Positions 8,906 to 20,978 of a stretch of 64,000 bases of DNA are shown here, one piece after another (within the stretch, counting starts at the first letter, position 1; every line of letters starts with the position of its first letter). Location of the stretch: contig CBDCDS010000003.1 of NCBI GenBank assembly GCA_965215365.1, forward strand, positions 1,696,001 to 1,760,000. The letters are read 5' to 3'. The notes under the pieces were generated by a model. That model was given only the letters and a program-made list of their open reading frames with translations. It was not told where the DNA came from and did no database searches. The stretch comes from Gammaproteobacteria bacterium (GTDB lineage: Bacteria; Pseudomonadota; Gammaproteobacteria; Eutrophobiales; Eutrophobiaceae). Made by a program: the position numbers and the translations under genes.

Positions 8906-10249
8906 GTGAGTGGCAATCTGCGCGAGGGCAGCCTGGACGCGCCCACCCGACATCCCATTGACTGGAAACAGCCGGATTACTACGACCAGGGCAGCTTGTT
9001 CGCCGAACTGGAGCGCGTGTATGACATCTGCCATGGTTGTCGCCGTTGTGTCAGCCTGTGCCAGGCCTTCCCCACCTTGTTCGAGCTGGTGGATGAAGCA
9101 GATACCATGGAGGTGGATGGGGTAGCAAAGGAGGATTACGGCAAGGTCGTGCAGCATTGCTACCTGTGCGACCTGTGCTATATGACCAAATGCCCATACG
9201 TGCCGCCGCATGAGTGGAACGTCGATTTCCCCCACCTCATGTTGCGTGCCAAGGCGGTGAACTTCAGCGCCGGCAAGACGAAGTGGCGCGATCGAGTCCT
9301 GACCTCGACCAGGACCGTGGGTAATCTGGCTGGCATCCCGGTGGTTGCCCAGCTGGTGAACGCCGCCAACAAGACCCGTCCGCTACGCCAGCTGCTGGAA
9401 AAAACCGCGGGTATCCACGCCGCTGCGCCCTTGCCTCAGTTCCATTCCAGGTCATTCCGCAGCAGGGAGCAGGCCCGGCAATCGGTGCCGCGGCGCGCAC
9501 AGGCCGCCGGCCGCACCACCGGCAAGGTGGTGCTGTTTGTCACCTGTTACTGTAACCGCAATACCCCGCAGGTGGCGCAAGACCTGATAGCCGTATTCGA
9601 GCATAACGGTATTCCGATCACCTTGGCACAAAAAGAGGAATGCTGCGGCATGCCCAAGCTGGAACTGGGTGACCTGGAGGCGGTGGAGCGGGCTAAAAAC
9701 GTCAACATACCTCAGCTGGTCAAACTGGTGGAGCAGGGTTGGGACATTGTTGCGCCCATTCCTTCCTGCGTGCTCATGTTCAAGCAGGAACTGCCGCTGA
9801 TGTTCCCGGACGATGCGGCTGTGGAGCAGGTACGCCAGGCGTTTTTTGACCCGTTTGAATACCTTATGCTGCGCCATAAAGAGGGTCAGCTGAACACCGA
9901 CTTCAAGCAGCCCCTCGGTAAAATCCTTTATCACGCGCCGTGCCACCAGCGGGTGCAGAATATCGGTTTGAAGACCCGCGATATACTGGCGCTGGCGCCC
10001 GACACGGAGGTCGAGGTAGTGGAACGCTGCTCCGGTCACGACGGCACCTACGCGGTCAAGGCCGAATCCCATGAAACAGCCAAAAGAATATGCCGCCCGG
10101 TGGTGAACAAAGTCAAGCAGGCCGAGGCCGACCATTACCTCAGCGATTGCCCCATGGCCGGCGCTCAGATCGAGAACGGCATGGGCGAGGCCGGACCGGG
10201 CGTGACCGAATCTGCCTTTGCGCTGCTGAGAACCGCTTATGGAATATGA
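8906..10249 (+). CDS. Rubrerythrin-associated Fe-S oxidoreductase (GlpC/CCG-domain)
   Basis: CHGCRRCVSLC and CYLCDLCYMTKCP ferredoxin motifs; CCG and CSG domains; lies between rbr and the DUF3501 gene. Confidence 0.9.
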   Translation: MSGNLREGSLDAPTRHPIDWKQPDYYDQGSLFAELERVYDICHGCRRCVSLCQAFPTLFELVDEADTMEVDGVAKEDYGKVVQHCYLCDLCYMTKCPYVPPHEWNVDFPHLMLRAKAVNFSAGKTKWRDRVLTSTRTVGNLAGIPVVAQLVNAANKTRPLRQLLEKTAGIHAAAPLPQFHSRSFRSREQARQSVPRRAQAAGRTTGKVVLFVTCYCNRNTPQVAQDLIAVFEHNGIPITLAQKEECCGMPKLELGDLEAVERAKNVNIPQLVKLVEQGWDIVAPIPSCVLMFKQELPLMFPDDAAVEQVRQAFFDPFEYLMLRHKEGQLNTDFKQPLGKILYHAPCHQRVQNIGLKTRDILALAPDTEVEVVERCSGHDGTYAVKAESHETAKRICRPVVNKVKQAEADHYLSDCPMAGAQIENGMGEAGPGVTESAFALLRTAYGI

Positions 10250-10334
10250 AAGCGCCTGAGCATAAAGGGTGCGCAATGTAGCATTCCTCCATTGTCTCTG
10301 CCGCTGACGGAAGGACGCCGGGGGAGGGGATGAC

Positions 10335-10922
10335 ATGACCAGAAAACTAACCAGAAACGACTTATATGCGCTTGAGAAATATGCGCAGATCCGCAAGGAA
10401 TTTCGCGCCAGGGTCATGGCGCACAAGCAGACGCGCCGGCTGGCGCTGGGCGCCAACGCCAACCTCTATTTTGAAGATCAGTTGACTATCCGCTATCAGG
10501 TGCAGGAAATGCTGCGCATTGAGAAGATCTTCGAGGCCGAGGCCATCGAGGAGGAACTGGCGGCGTATAACCCGCTGATTCCCGACGGGCACAACTGGAA
10601 GGCCACCTTTATGCTGGAATACGACCAACCCGCCGAACGCCGGGATATGTTGGGGAAGCTGGTCGGGGTGGAGCACTGCGTGTGGTTGCGGGTCGGCGCC
10701 GGCTCCTTGCTGGTGCCGATGTGTGACGAAGACCTAGAACGTGCAACCGCAACCAAGACCTCATCGGTACATTTCATGCGCTTTGAATTATCGCCCGAGG
10801 ATATCAGCGCCCTGCGGCAGGGCGCCGAAATCTCCGCCGGGATCAGTCATGCGGCCTATACCGTTCAGGTCGCGCCGGTACCGGCACCACTGCGCCAATC
10901 GCTGGTTGCTGATATTGATTAA
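10335..10922 (+). CDS. DUF3501 family protein
   Basis: FED..TIRYQVQEMLRIE..YNPLIP..WKATFMLEY..KTSSVHFMRF; third gene of the known rbr cluster. Confidence 0.9.
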   Translation: MTRKLTRNDLYALEKYAQIRKEFRARVMAHKQTRRLALGANANLYFEDQLTIRYQVQEMLRIEKIFEAEAIEEELAAYNPLIPDGHNWKATFMLEYDQPAERRDMLGKLVGVEHCVWLRVGAGSLLVPMCDEDLERATATKTSSVHFMRFELSPEDISALRQGAEISAGISHAAYTVQVAPVPAPLRQSLVADID

Positions 10923-12830
<1,908 letters not shown>

Positions 12831-12844
12831 GCGGGCGCCGTTAA

Positions 12845-13292
12845 CCCAAGTTTAACATTTTTCGCCTGTTGGGGCGGGAAATCGGGGTAATTTTGGCAGG
12901 TTTTCGGTTGTAAGTCATTGATTTATTATGGTGGTGGTGGCGGGAGGCAGCAATGTAGTGCCATAATCTTTATTTTTCTGTTGACACACCTTGTCATCGC
13001 CGGTAGGCTGTCCCGTATGTTCATCCGCCGCACCAAAACCCGTACCACCGCCACCTTCCGCCGGGACGACGGGCGCACCCTGCATGTGCGTAAGGCTACC
13101 CTCGCCGAACCGCCCCAGCAGGCACTCTACGAGGCACTCGGTATCAGCACCGCACCGGGAGGAGTCCGAAAGAACATCGTCTGAGCCCGGCAACACGTAT
13201 TCCAGTACCCACTTGTAGTGCCACTCGGCCCGCCAGAACTGCGTAACCGGCTGATATACAACAAGTTCGTTCAGACCTATGTTAAACTTGGG
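12845..13292 (+). mobile_element. Internally deleted IS1634-like element (448-bp MITE derivative)
   Basis: Perfect 14-bp TIRs CCCAAGTTTAACAT/ATGTTAAACTTGGG flanked by TTAA and CTAA. Mini-ORF 13017-13184 joins a transposase N-terminus (MFIRRTKTR) to a C-terminus (TATFRRDDGRTLHVRKAT.AEP.QQALY.ALGI). tgtagtgcca occurs inside both ends. Confidence 0.85.
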
Positions 13293-13551
13293 CTAACCAG
13301 CAGTTCAAAACCGCGCGTAGCAGAAATAAAAGCGAAACCAGCTAATATCACGGGTACGCCTGTCAGCACTGTTCTGCGACCCTGAAATTGAAAAATTGCC
13401 GCAAACCATTACCCCTTTATATTTCTTCGATGAGCCAATACCATGGCGGATGCTATTAGAGGAATTGGACGGATGGACAGACATCTATCTCATCGGTTTG
13501 GACGCCGCCTATCATTATGGGAGCCAGCTACGTAATTTGGCTTTGCCCTGA

Positions 13552-13884
13552 CTATTGCGCAACACTCTTCTCCAGCGCTTGCATAATCCAACTGTTAATA
13601 CTGATGCCGCGTTGCGCTGCGGAGCCGGCAACGCGGCGATGCAGGTCTGGTCCGAGGCGAACACTGAGCCTGCCCGAAAAAGGTTTACGGGGTTCAACGC
13701 CATCCTCCTTACAGGCATTGAGATACTCGTCGATGGACTTGTGGAACTCGTTTCGAATGCCTTCCACATCGGTTGCTTCGAACGTGGCAATCGGATAAGC
13801 GCCACTGTTTACAACGCGCCCGTGCAGACGCCCTACAGAATCGTCAAACTCGATCACAGCAGCGTATTCTTTGTACTCAATCAT
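13552..13884 (-). CDS. hicB: HicB family antitoxin
   Basis: YKEY.A.IEFD...LHGRV...SIDEYL..C...G.EP.KPFSG.LSVRL.PDLH..GISINSW. Confidence 0.92.
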   Translation of the reverse strand: MIEYKEYAAVIEFDDSVGRLHGRVVNSGAYPIATFEATDVEGIRNEFHKSIDEYLNACKEDGVEPRKPFSGRLSVRLGPDLHRRVAGSAAQRGISINSWIMQALEKSVAQ

Positions 13885-14135
13885 GGCTTTACTCCCACGG
13901 CATTAAGGAATGCAGCAATGTCACGTACCGTCGCCCTCCCGGTTTCAGGTTCAGGATGCGGTCGGTGTACAACCATTCGTTCTGCGTTCTTCCTCATCAG
14001 CACACGCGCCCCCGAACGCTGGGTGACCTCTACACCTGCTGCTCTCAGCATGGAAACGATGTCCATCCAACGGATTCCTGCAGGTGTCGGTGTCCTGAAC
14101 ATATCCTCCAAGGTGCGTTGGTGCTTCGCTCTCAT
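13881..14135 (-). CDS. hicA: HicA family toxin
   Basis: KHQRTL..F..P....IRW.DI..ML...G...SGARV.....HRPHP; ATGA overlap with hicB. Confidence 0.9.
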   Translation of the reverse strand: MRAKHQRTLEDMFRTPTPAGIRWMDIVSMLRAAGVEVTQRSGARVLMRKNAERMVVHRPHPEPETGRATVRDIAAFLNAVGVKP

Positions 14136-14215
14136 GGAGGGCAAATCCTACCAGATTAAGCGCCATTCTCCAAGGGTATTCTCCAAGGCAGGCAACTTCT
14201 GCAGGAATCAGTTAA

Positions 14216-14366
14216 GGTAACCTCTAAAAATACCCTCCGTGGTATTTTTAGAGACGGAAATGAAAAAGTGTGATTTTTCATTTCCTTCATTTTCAAGCAC
14301 TTACGTGCTTAAAAATGGCAGCACATCCCTGTGCTGCACGGGTGCCTCTAATTAATAGAGGCACCC
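14216..14366. repeat. Multi-hairpin MITE, long copy (151 bp)
   Basis: Series of hairpins between ggtaacctct and agaggcaccc, flanked by TAA/TTA; near-identical inverted copy at 25490-25640. Confidence 0.85.
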
Positions 14367-14409
14367 TTAAGAGCTGCGCTTTTGCTAAGACCGTTAGGAA
14401 GTCCCCTCC

Positions 14410-16954
14410 CTACAACGTCAATAACGCAGCATTCCCGCCGATTGCGGCTGTGTTGATGGTGCAAGTTTGTTCCGTGGCGAAGCGTAACAGGTAATGCGGG
14501 CCGCCCGCTTTGGGGCCGGTGCCGGACAGGCCGCAGCCGCCGAAGGGTTGCACGCCCACTACGGCGCCGACCATGTTGCGGTTGACGTAGATGTTGCCGA
14601 CCCGTACCCGTTCACGGATGTAGTGCGCGCGTTGTTCGATTCTGCTCTGGATGCCGAGGGTCAGCCCGTAGCCCAGAGCGTTGATCTGTTCCAGCAACGG
14701 CGCCAGTTCCGCGGCGTCATAACGTAATACGTGCAGTACCGGGCCGAACAGTTCTTCTTGCAGTTCGGCAACCTGGAAAGCCACCAGGGTGGCCTGCTCT
14801 GCCGGTTTGGCGATGACCGTATTCCCGGCGGCCAGCGCCGCTGCGATCTGGCCGGTAAAGATGGCCACGGGAAAGTTCCACGGGCTGATGCAGACAAACA
14901 CGCCGCGCCCGCACAAGCGCAGGCTGTTGCTTTCACCTGCGGGCCCCGGCAGCGCGGTTTCAGCGCCCATCAGGGTACGGCTGCAGGCGGCATAGTAGCG
15001 CAGAAAATCCACCGCTTCGCGCACCTCGTCATGGGCGTCGCGCAGGCATTTGCCGGCTTCCAGCACGCACTGCGCGGCTAGCTCCGGCAGGCGTTCCTGC
15101 ATCAGGTCCGCCGCCTTGTCAAGCAGGGCGGCCCGATAGTGTGCAGTGGTGTTGCGCCATGACGGGAATGCCTCAGCGCAAATGGCCAAGGCCTGAGACG
15201 CGACCCCTGTCGTAGCATCCCATACCCGACCGCTACGTATTCTGGTGTGCGCCGGGTTATAAACGCTTCTGGACTTGCCGCGCAGGGATTGGCCGTTGAC
15301 CAGGGGCGCAGCGGTCCACTCTATGCTACGGGCGCGGGACAGGCTATCTAGCAGCAACGCCTGCTGTGTGCGCTCAGCGAAATTGAGGCCGCGGGAGTTC
15401 TGTCGCTGCGGGCGGAACAGGTCCGGCGGTGTCGGTATGCGGGGATGCCGGGTTGTTTGGTTGGCTGGCGTTACCGCCGCGACCGGGTCGGCTACCAATT
15501 CGGACAGAGCGACTCCCCGGTCGGCAATGCGGTTGATAAAAGATACGTTGGCGCCGTTTTCCAGCAAGCGGCGCACGAGGTAGGGCAACAAGTCCTCGTG
15601 CGCGCCTACCGGTGCATAGACGCGGCAGGGGACATTCAAGCCCTGCGGGTTAGTGACATGCGCATACAAGTCCTCACCCATGCCGTGCAGGCGTTGGAAC
15701 TCGAACTCCCGGCCGTCGGCGTGATGGTGGATATAGCTGACAGTGTGCGCGTTATGCGTCGCGAACTGAGGGTAAATGAACGGGCACTGTGTGAGCAGGT
15801 AACGGGCGCAGGCCAGATAGGATACATCGGTATGGTGTTTTAAGGTAAACACCGGGTAATCTGCCAGTCCCTGTTCCTGCGCGCGCTTGATCTCCATATC
15901 CCAGTAAGCGCCCTTGACCAGACGCAGCGGCAGCAGGCGTTGCTGCGCCTCGGCCAGTCCGTTCAGGTATTGCAGCAGGGGTAGGGCACGCTTCTGGTAA
16001 GCCTGCACCGCCAGCCCCAGACCCGCCCAGGCGCGCAGGCTGGCGTGGCCGAACAGGTAGGCAAAGACTGCTATGCTCAATTCCAGCCGTTCTGCCTCCT
16101 CTGCATCGATGGTGATGGCAATCCCGGCGCTGCAGGCAGCTATGCACAGTCGTAGCATGCGCGCGCAGCTCGCGTAACGCACGCGTTGATTGAGTGGGTT
16201 CAAAACGCGGGCAAAGCGACGATAACTTCACTGAAATGCCCGGTTTTTCCAGAATAGTCGTTGCCGCTTCGACCGTCCTGCCCAGGGCCTGAATGGCATG
16301 GGTGTAAGATTGTTCGTAACGGTCCGCAGCGCTGGCGGTCAGAGCCGCTTCCCCGAGCATGTCATAAGAAAAACGATAGCGCCGCAGCATGGGCTTGCCA
16401 CTGCGCTGTAGCGCCTCGTTAATGTTGCGTCCCAGCACGAACTCGGCCGCCATGATTTTCATGGCACTCTTCAACGTGGTACGCAACACCGGTTGCTCCA
16501 GCCGACCCAACAACTTGCGTAACAGATCAGGCAGTGCCCGGGCGCCGTCCTGCTCCCGGTAAAGCAGTTTTCCGGTCAGCATCAGGCCCCAAGTGGAAGC
16601 GTTGACAAATAGCGACGGATCCTGGCCCAGATGCTGCTCCCAGTTTGCTGACGTGAGTTTGTCGGCAATCAGGGAGTCCATGGTGCCGGCATCCGGGATC
16701 CGTAACAGCGCCTCGGCCAGACACATCAGCGCCACGCCCTCCTGGGAGGACAGGTCATAATGGTTGAGAAATGCGTGCAGACCGGAAGCCTGCCCCTGCT
16801 GCGCCCGCACCGCCGCGGCCAGCGTCCGGGCGGTCTCTGCTATCTGCTGCGCCCGTGCAGGTTGCGCCCGCGCCAGCGGCAGCAAGCGCGCGACAATCAG
16901 TCCTTCATCGGCAAGGTAATCGCGGTTGATAGTGGTAAATGGGTCGTCTGTCAT
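14410..16954 (-). pseudogene. putA: Proline dehydrogenase/P5C dehydrogenase PutA, frameshifted and internally deleted
   Basis: PRODH motifs (SYDMLGEAA, RLVKGAYWD, FATHNA, FQRLHGMG, YLVRRLLENGAN) are split by a frameshift near 16160-16170. The ALDH part jumps from AKPAEQA..FQVAEL straight to QEELFGPVLHV, lacking the FTGS, ETGG and catalytic Cys region. Confidence 0.9.
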
Positions 16955-17123
16955 TGGCACAGGTATGAAGCGCTTTCAGCAAGGTGTCGCTAAAAATCAG
17001 CAGCGCTCTTGAAAAAAATTATTTCAAAGAATAGCATTTTATTGTTAAATTAAGTTTTTATTATTTGAAATAAGTAAAATTTAATTCTTTATTTTTTATT
17101 TTTAATAAAATAAAATTATAGTT

Positions 17124-17594
17124 ATGACCATGAAAGACCAACTCGACCGTATCGACCTGAAAATCCTGCGCTTGTTGCAGGGTAACGGCAGGATTTCCAA
17201 CCTGGATCTGTCCCGGCGTATCCACCTCAGCCCGGCGCCCTGTCTGGCGCGGGTGCGGCGCTTGGAACAGGCCGGCTATATCAGCCGCTACCGGGCGCAA
17301 CTCAACCCGGAGCTGCTGGGCCTGGCGCTGCTGGCATTTATTGAGATTACCCTAGATCGGACTACGCCGGATGTGTTCGAGAAGTTCAAACAGGCGGTTC
17401 AGGAGGTGCCGGAAATAGAAGAGTGCCACATGGTAGCCGGCGGGTTTGACTACCTAGTCAAGGTACGCAGCGCCGACATGGAGGCCTACCGGAAAATCCT
17501 GGGAGAGAAAGTAGTAACTATTCCGGGCGTGCTACAGACCCATACCTACGTCGTTATGGAACAGGTGAAACAGGCCGGGGAGCTGAATATCTGA
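17124..17594 (+). CDS. Lrp/AsnC family regulator (PutR-like, divergent from putA)
   Basis: LDRIDLKIL..LQ.NGRISN..LS..I.LS..PCL.RVRRLE..G; ECHMVAGGFDYLVKVR; the intergenic region is AT-rich. Confidence 0.92.
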   Translation: MTMKDQLDRIDLKILRLLQGNGRISNLDLSRRIHLSPAPCLARVRRLEQAGYISRYRAQLNPELLGLALLAFIEITLDRTTPDVFEKFKQAVQEVPEIEECHMVAGGFDYLVKVRSADMEAYRKILGEKVVTIPGVLQTHTYVVMEQVKQAGELNI

Positions 17595-17595
17595 T

Positions 17596-17635
17596 GGCGC
17601 ATTAAAAATACTACGGAGGGCATTTTTGGAGGTCA
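17596..17635. repeat. Degenerate hairpin H of the multi-hairpin MITE
   Basis: ggcgcattaaaaatactacggagggcatttttggaggtca. Confidence 0.6.
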
Positions 17636-17636
17636 T

Positions 17637-17766
17637 TCACATTACCTCCCACGGGTTAGCCACCTCCAGGCCTGTTGCGATAAACGGGCCTGTATCTCTT
17701 GTAGCGATGATCATGCCGTTGGCGGCAGCCGTTGCCGCGATATAACCGTCAGCCGTACTGAATCAT
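17637..17766 (-). pseudogene. VapC/FitB PIN toxin remnant (start plus C-terminal ~40 aa)
   Basis: ATG overlaps the antitoxin stop (ATGA), then shifts into STADGYIAATAAANGMIIATRDTGPFIATGLEVANPW, a typical PIN C-terminus. Confidence 0.8.
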
Positions 17767-18017
17767 TCAAAACTCACATCTCCGGCGGGACTCCTATCAC
17801 GTACCTGGTTGATAATCGTGACTTCTTCGTCGGTGATGTTTATTTCACGCCCCAGTTCGAACAGCATCGTTCCCAGTTTGGCGCGCCCCTCGGGCGTTAC
17901 ACTTTGTTTCAGGATAGCGCGCACCTCGGCCTCGGCGCTGTTCCCATTCCGGGCCGCCTTGACTCGCAAGGCGCGATGTACGTTATCGGGTAAATTACGT
18001 ATTGTCAGACTTGCCAT
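17763..18017 (-). CDS. FitA/StbC-like ribbon-helix-helix antitoxin
   Basis: MASLTIRNLPDNVHRALRVKAARNGNSAEAEVRAIL. Confidence 0.88.
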   Translation of the reverse strand: MASLTIRNLPDNVHRALRVKAARNGNSAEAEVRAILKQSVTPEGRAKLGTMLFELGREINITDEEVTIINQVRDRSPAGDVSFE

Positions 18018-18249
18018 AATCATTACCATTAATCGCTTTCAATGATAGCAATCATACTCTTATGCTATCGCTAAGACAATAAGGTGCCTCTAAACCCTCA
18101 TGCTCAGGGCGCTGCACACCCCGCCGGTATGTAAGTTGTTGTTCGTCATACCGGACCGGGAATGGCTGGTATCTAGTCACAGGGACGTAAACAGGCAGGG
18201 GCAGGTAAATTTACACAGCAAAAATTAGGCATCCAGGTACGGCGTTGCC

Positions 18250-20019
18250 TCAGAACTGCGCTTCCCCCAACGTCATTATCGACTCGCTGCCGGCCCGGAT
18301 GGCGGCGCAATGACCGGCGCTGCGGGGCAGGTAGTGTTCGGCATAGAAGCGGGCGGTGATGAGCTTGGCCTGATAGAACCCATCACTGCTGCTGGCGCCC
18401 TTGCTGGCGGCAATCATGGCGGCTCGGGCCAACTGCCAGCCGCCGCAGACATAGCCGCTGAGCATCAGGAAGTTCATGGCAACCGCGCCGGCCGCATTGG
18501 GGTCGTGCTGAGCGTTTGTCAATAACCAGTCTGTTGCCTGCGCCAGCTGCTCGACTGCGTCGCCCAGGGCGCGTTTAATGACGGCCTGATTGACCTCATC
18601 TGTGGACAGATTGGTTACGGTCTGCCTGATCTCGGTGATGAGTTCCCGCAATGCCTTGCCCTGGTCCCGGATGACCTTGCGGACGACCAGGTCCTGGGCC
18701 TGGATGCCGTTGGTGCCTTCGTAGATACTGGTAATGCGGGCATCGCGAAAATGTTGCGCGGCGCCGGTTTCCTCAATGTAACCCATGCCACCGTGTACCT
18801 GTACCCCCAGCGAAGTGATTTCCTGCGCCAGTTCGGTGCACCAGGCTTTGACTACGGGGGTCAGCAGGGCAAACCTCTCGGCGTGACGGGCCGGCTCCGA
18901 GGAGCGGTTCATGTAATCAAGCTCGGCGGCGGCAACATAACCCAGCGCGCGCATGGCCTCGCAACCGGATTTCATCAGCATCAGCATCCGTCGTACATCC
19001 GCGTGTTGAATAATGCGGGCGCGGCCGGTCTGACCGGGCGCCTTGCCCTGCTCGCGTTCCTGTGCGTAGCTGCGTGCCTGCTGGTAGGCGCGTTCGGCGA
19101 TACTCAGGCCTTGTATGCCGACTGCCAGGCGGGCGTGGTTCATCATGGTGAACATGCAGGCCATGCCGTCGTGTCTGGCGCCCACCAGGTAGCCATGCGC
19201 GCCGCCGTTATCGCCATAGCTCATCACGCAGGTGGGGCTACCGTGGATACCCAGTTTATGTTCGACGGAAACCGCGCGGACATCGTTGCGCCGGCCGTCG
19301 GAACCGTCTGCATTGACCAGGTATTTGGGCACCAGGAACAGGCTGATGCCCTTGACTCCGGGCGGCGCCTCGGGCAGGCGCGCTAGCGCCATGTGCACGA
19401 TGTTGTCGGTGAAGTCATGGTCGCCCCAGGTGATGAAGATCTTGCGCCCGGTGAGCAGATAACTGTCCCCGTTGGGAACCGCCCGGGTCTTTATCCCGGC
19501 CAGATCGGAACCAGCCTGGGGTTCGGTCAGGTTCATGGTGCCGGTCCACTCCCCTGACACCAGTTTTGGCAGAAAAACAGCCTGCAATTCGGCTGAGCCA
19601 TGGCTGCCGAGCGCCACCGCGCAGCCTTCCGTGAGCATGGGGCAGAGGGCAAAGGCCATGTTGGCCGATTGCCAGATCTCGTTGGTGGCGGCGGCGACCA
19701 GTTCCGGCAAGCCCTGGCCGCCGTACTCGGGCGCAAACGGCAACGAGCCCCAGCCGCCTTCGGTAAACGCCCGGTAAGCGTCGCCGAACCCTGCCGGGGG
19801 AATGACCCGGGCGTCTTCACAGCGGGTGCCGGCGATGTCGCCGGCACGGTTTAATGGCGCCAGGACTTGTGTGGCAAACCGGGCCGCCTCGTCCAGCACC
19901 GCAGCTACGGTATCGGCCGTGGCATCTTCCAGCCCCGGTAGTTGGTTGAGCGCCGATAATCCCGCCAGTTCGTTCAGTACGAAGCGCATGTCGCGGGTGG
20001 GGGCGGAGTAGTCATTCAT
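18250..20019 (-). CDS. Acyl-CoA dehydrogenase (long DmdC/FadE5-like type)
   Basis: WTGTMNLTEPQAGSDL, GRKIFITWGDHD, EHKLGIHGSPTC, GVQVHGGMGYIEETG, IYEGTNGIQA. Confidence 0.92.
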   Translation of the reverse strand: MNDYSAPTRDMRFVLNELAGLSALNQLPGLEDATADTVAAVLDEAARFATQVLAPLNRAGDIAGTRCEDARVIPPAGFGDAYRAFTEGGWGSLPFAPEYGGQGLPELVAAATNEIWQSANMAFALCPMLTEGCAVALGSHGSAELQAVFLPKLVSGEWTGTMNLTEPQAGSDLAGIKTRAVPNGDSYLLTGRKIFITWGDHDFTDNIVHMALARLPEAPPGVKGISLFLVPKYLVNADGSDGRRNDVRAVSVEHKLGIHGSPTCVMSYGDNGGAHGYLVGARHDGMACMFTMMNHARLAVGIQGLSIAERAYQQARSYAQEREQGKAPGQTGRARIIQHADVRRMLMLMKSGCEAMRALGYVAAAELDYMNRSSEPARHAERFALLTPVVKAWCTELAQEITSLGVQVHGGMGYIEETGAAQHFRDARITSIYEGTNGIQAQDLVVRKVIRDQGKALRELITEIRQTVTNLSTDEVNQAVIKRALGDAVEQLAQATDWLLTNAQHDPNAAGAVAMNFLMLSGYVCGGWQLARAAMIAASKGASSSDGFYQAKLITARFYAEHYLPRSAGHCAAIRAGSESIMTLGEAQF

Positions 20020-20030
20020 AGTGTTGGAGC

Positions 20031-20978
20031 TCAGAGACTTTTATAGAGCCGGGCGGCATAGCGCAGCCGGAACTGTTCGCAATCTTCCAGTAGCGTCTGT
20101 GTGGTCTTTGGCATCGGCACCCGGTAGTTGGCCAGATCTTCCATCAGCGTGCCGCAACGGTGAATAATGTCGATGCCGCGCTTGCCCAGGGCATGCTCGC
20201 GCCGGGTTGCATTGCCGGGCAGGGCTGGCCGGCAGTCGGCGACTCGCTCGGCGGCGCTGACAAAACACGGCCAGATTTCGATGATGGCCGGATCGCTACG
20301 CAGGGTCTCCATGGCGCTTTTGCCACTCTCGGCCAGTTCCTCAACCAGTTTTACCAATCTGCTGAACAGGGGCGCCTGCGCAAACACCTCGTTGATTTTA
20401 TCGAGCAACTCGTCGATTTCCCGCATGGTGTGTGCAATTTTGATATAGCGACTTTCCAAAAAGCGGGCAACCGGCGTACTGAAAGCCCTGAAGGGTTCCC
20501 CCCAGAGTTCCTCCAGGCCCTCCCTGCCGTGTTTGACCCGGATATATTTTCCGTACTCCAGCGCGCCCATAAAACACAGGCCGCATTCCTTCAGCAGTTC
20601 ATTTTCCGGCTTGATGGTGACGCCAAGCTGTTCCAGCTCCACGGCATGGGTGAGGATATCCGCCCCCCGGTTCAGCAGGGCGCCGGCGAGCATGGCGGCC
20701 AGTACCCGCTTTCTTGAAGCATTGCTTTCCTCCTCATACCGACACCGCACCTCTTCGAGTTTGTCGCCAGGCGTGTTAATGCCGGGTTCCGCATGATGGA
20801 ACACCCGCCGGGTCAACTGGTCGATGAGGCGTTTTTTGTAAGCGAGGTTGTTCGGCACGTTATAGTGCCGGATCCAGTAACCCTCGTAGTAGATACGCTC
20901 CTGCCCGTCTATCTCCCTGAGGGTGCCGTGTGCGACTTCTTGCAGCATACCAGCCGGGCCAGCGCTATCAGGATGCAA
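20031..20978 (-). CDS. Conserved-looking hypothetical protein overlapping the end of shc
   Basis: 315-aa globular-looking ORF with host-like codon usage; overlaps the shc stop and ends 11 bp before the acyl-CoA dehydrogenase. Confidence 0.75.
   Translation of the reverse strand: MHPDSAGPAGMLQEVAHGTLREIDGQERIYYEGYWIRHYNVPNNLAYKKRLIDQLTRRVFHHAEPGINTPGDKLEEVRCRYEEESNASRKRVLAAMLAGALLNRGADILTHAVELEQLGVTIKPENELLKECGLCFMGALEYGKYIRVKHGREGLEELWGEPFRAFSTPVARFLESRYIKIAHTMREIDELLDKINEVFAQAPLFSRLVKLVEELAESGKSAMETLRSDPAIIEIWPCFVSAAERVADCRPALPGNATRREHALGKRGIDIIHRCGTLMEDLANYRVPMPKTTQTLLEDCEQFRLRYAARLYKSL

Noticed and set aside
8324-10462. Long antisense ORFs (8324-9235, 9452-10462; similarly 27835-29061, 36107-37069, 41521-42516)
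   Set aside because: They are shadow ORFs opposite well-supported genes in GC-rich DNA, with no motifs.
8360-10922. rbr/Fe-S oxidoreductase/DUF3501 as a novel system
   Set aside because: This three-gene cluster is an already described aerobic-type rubrerythrin arrangement.
13293-13550. AT-richer segment between the IS1634 relic and hicB
   Set aside because: Only broken reading frames with no identifiable motif; probably a decayed gene fragment.
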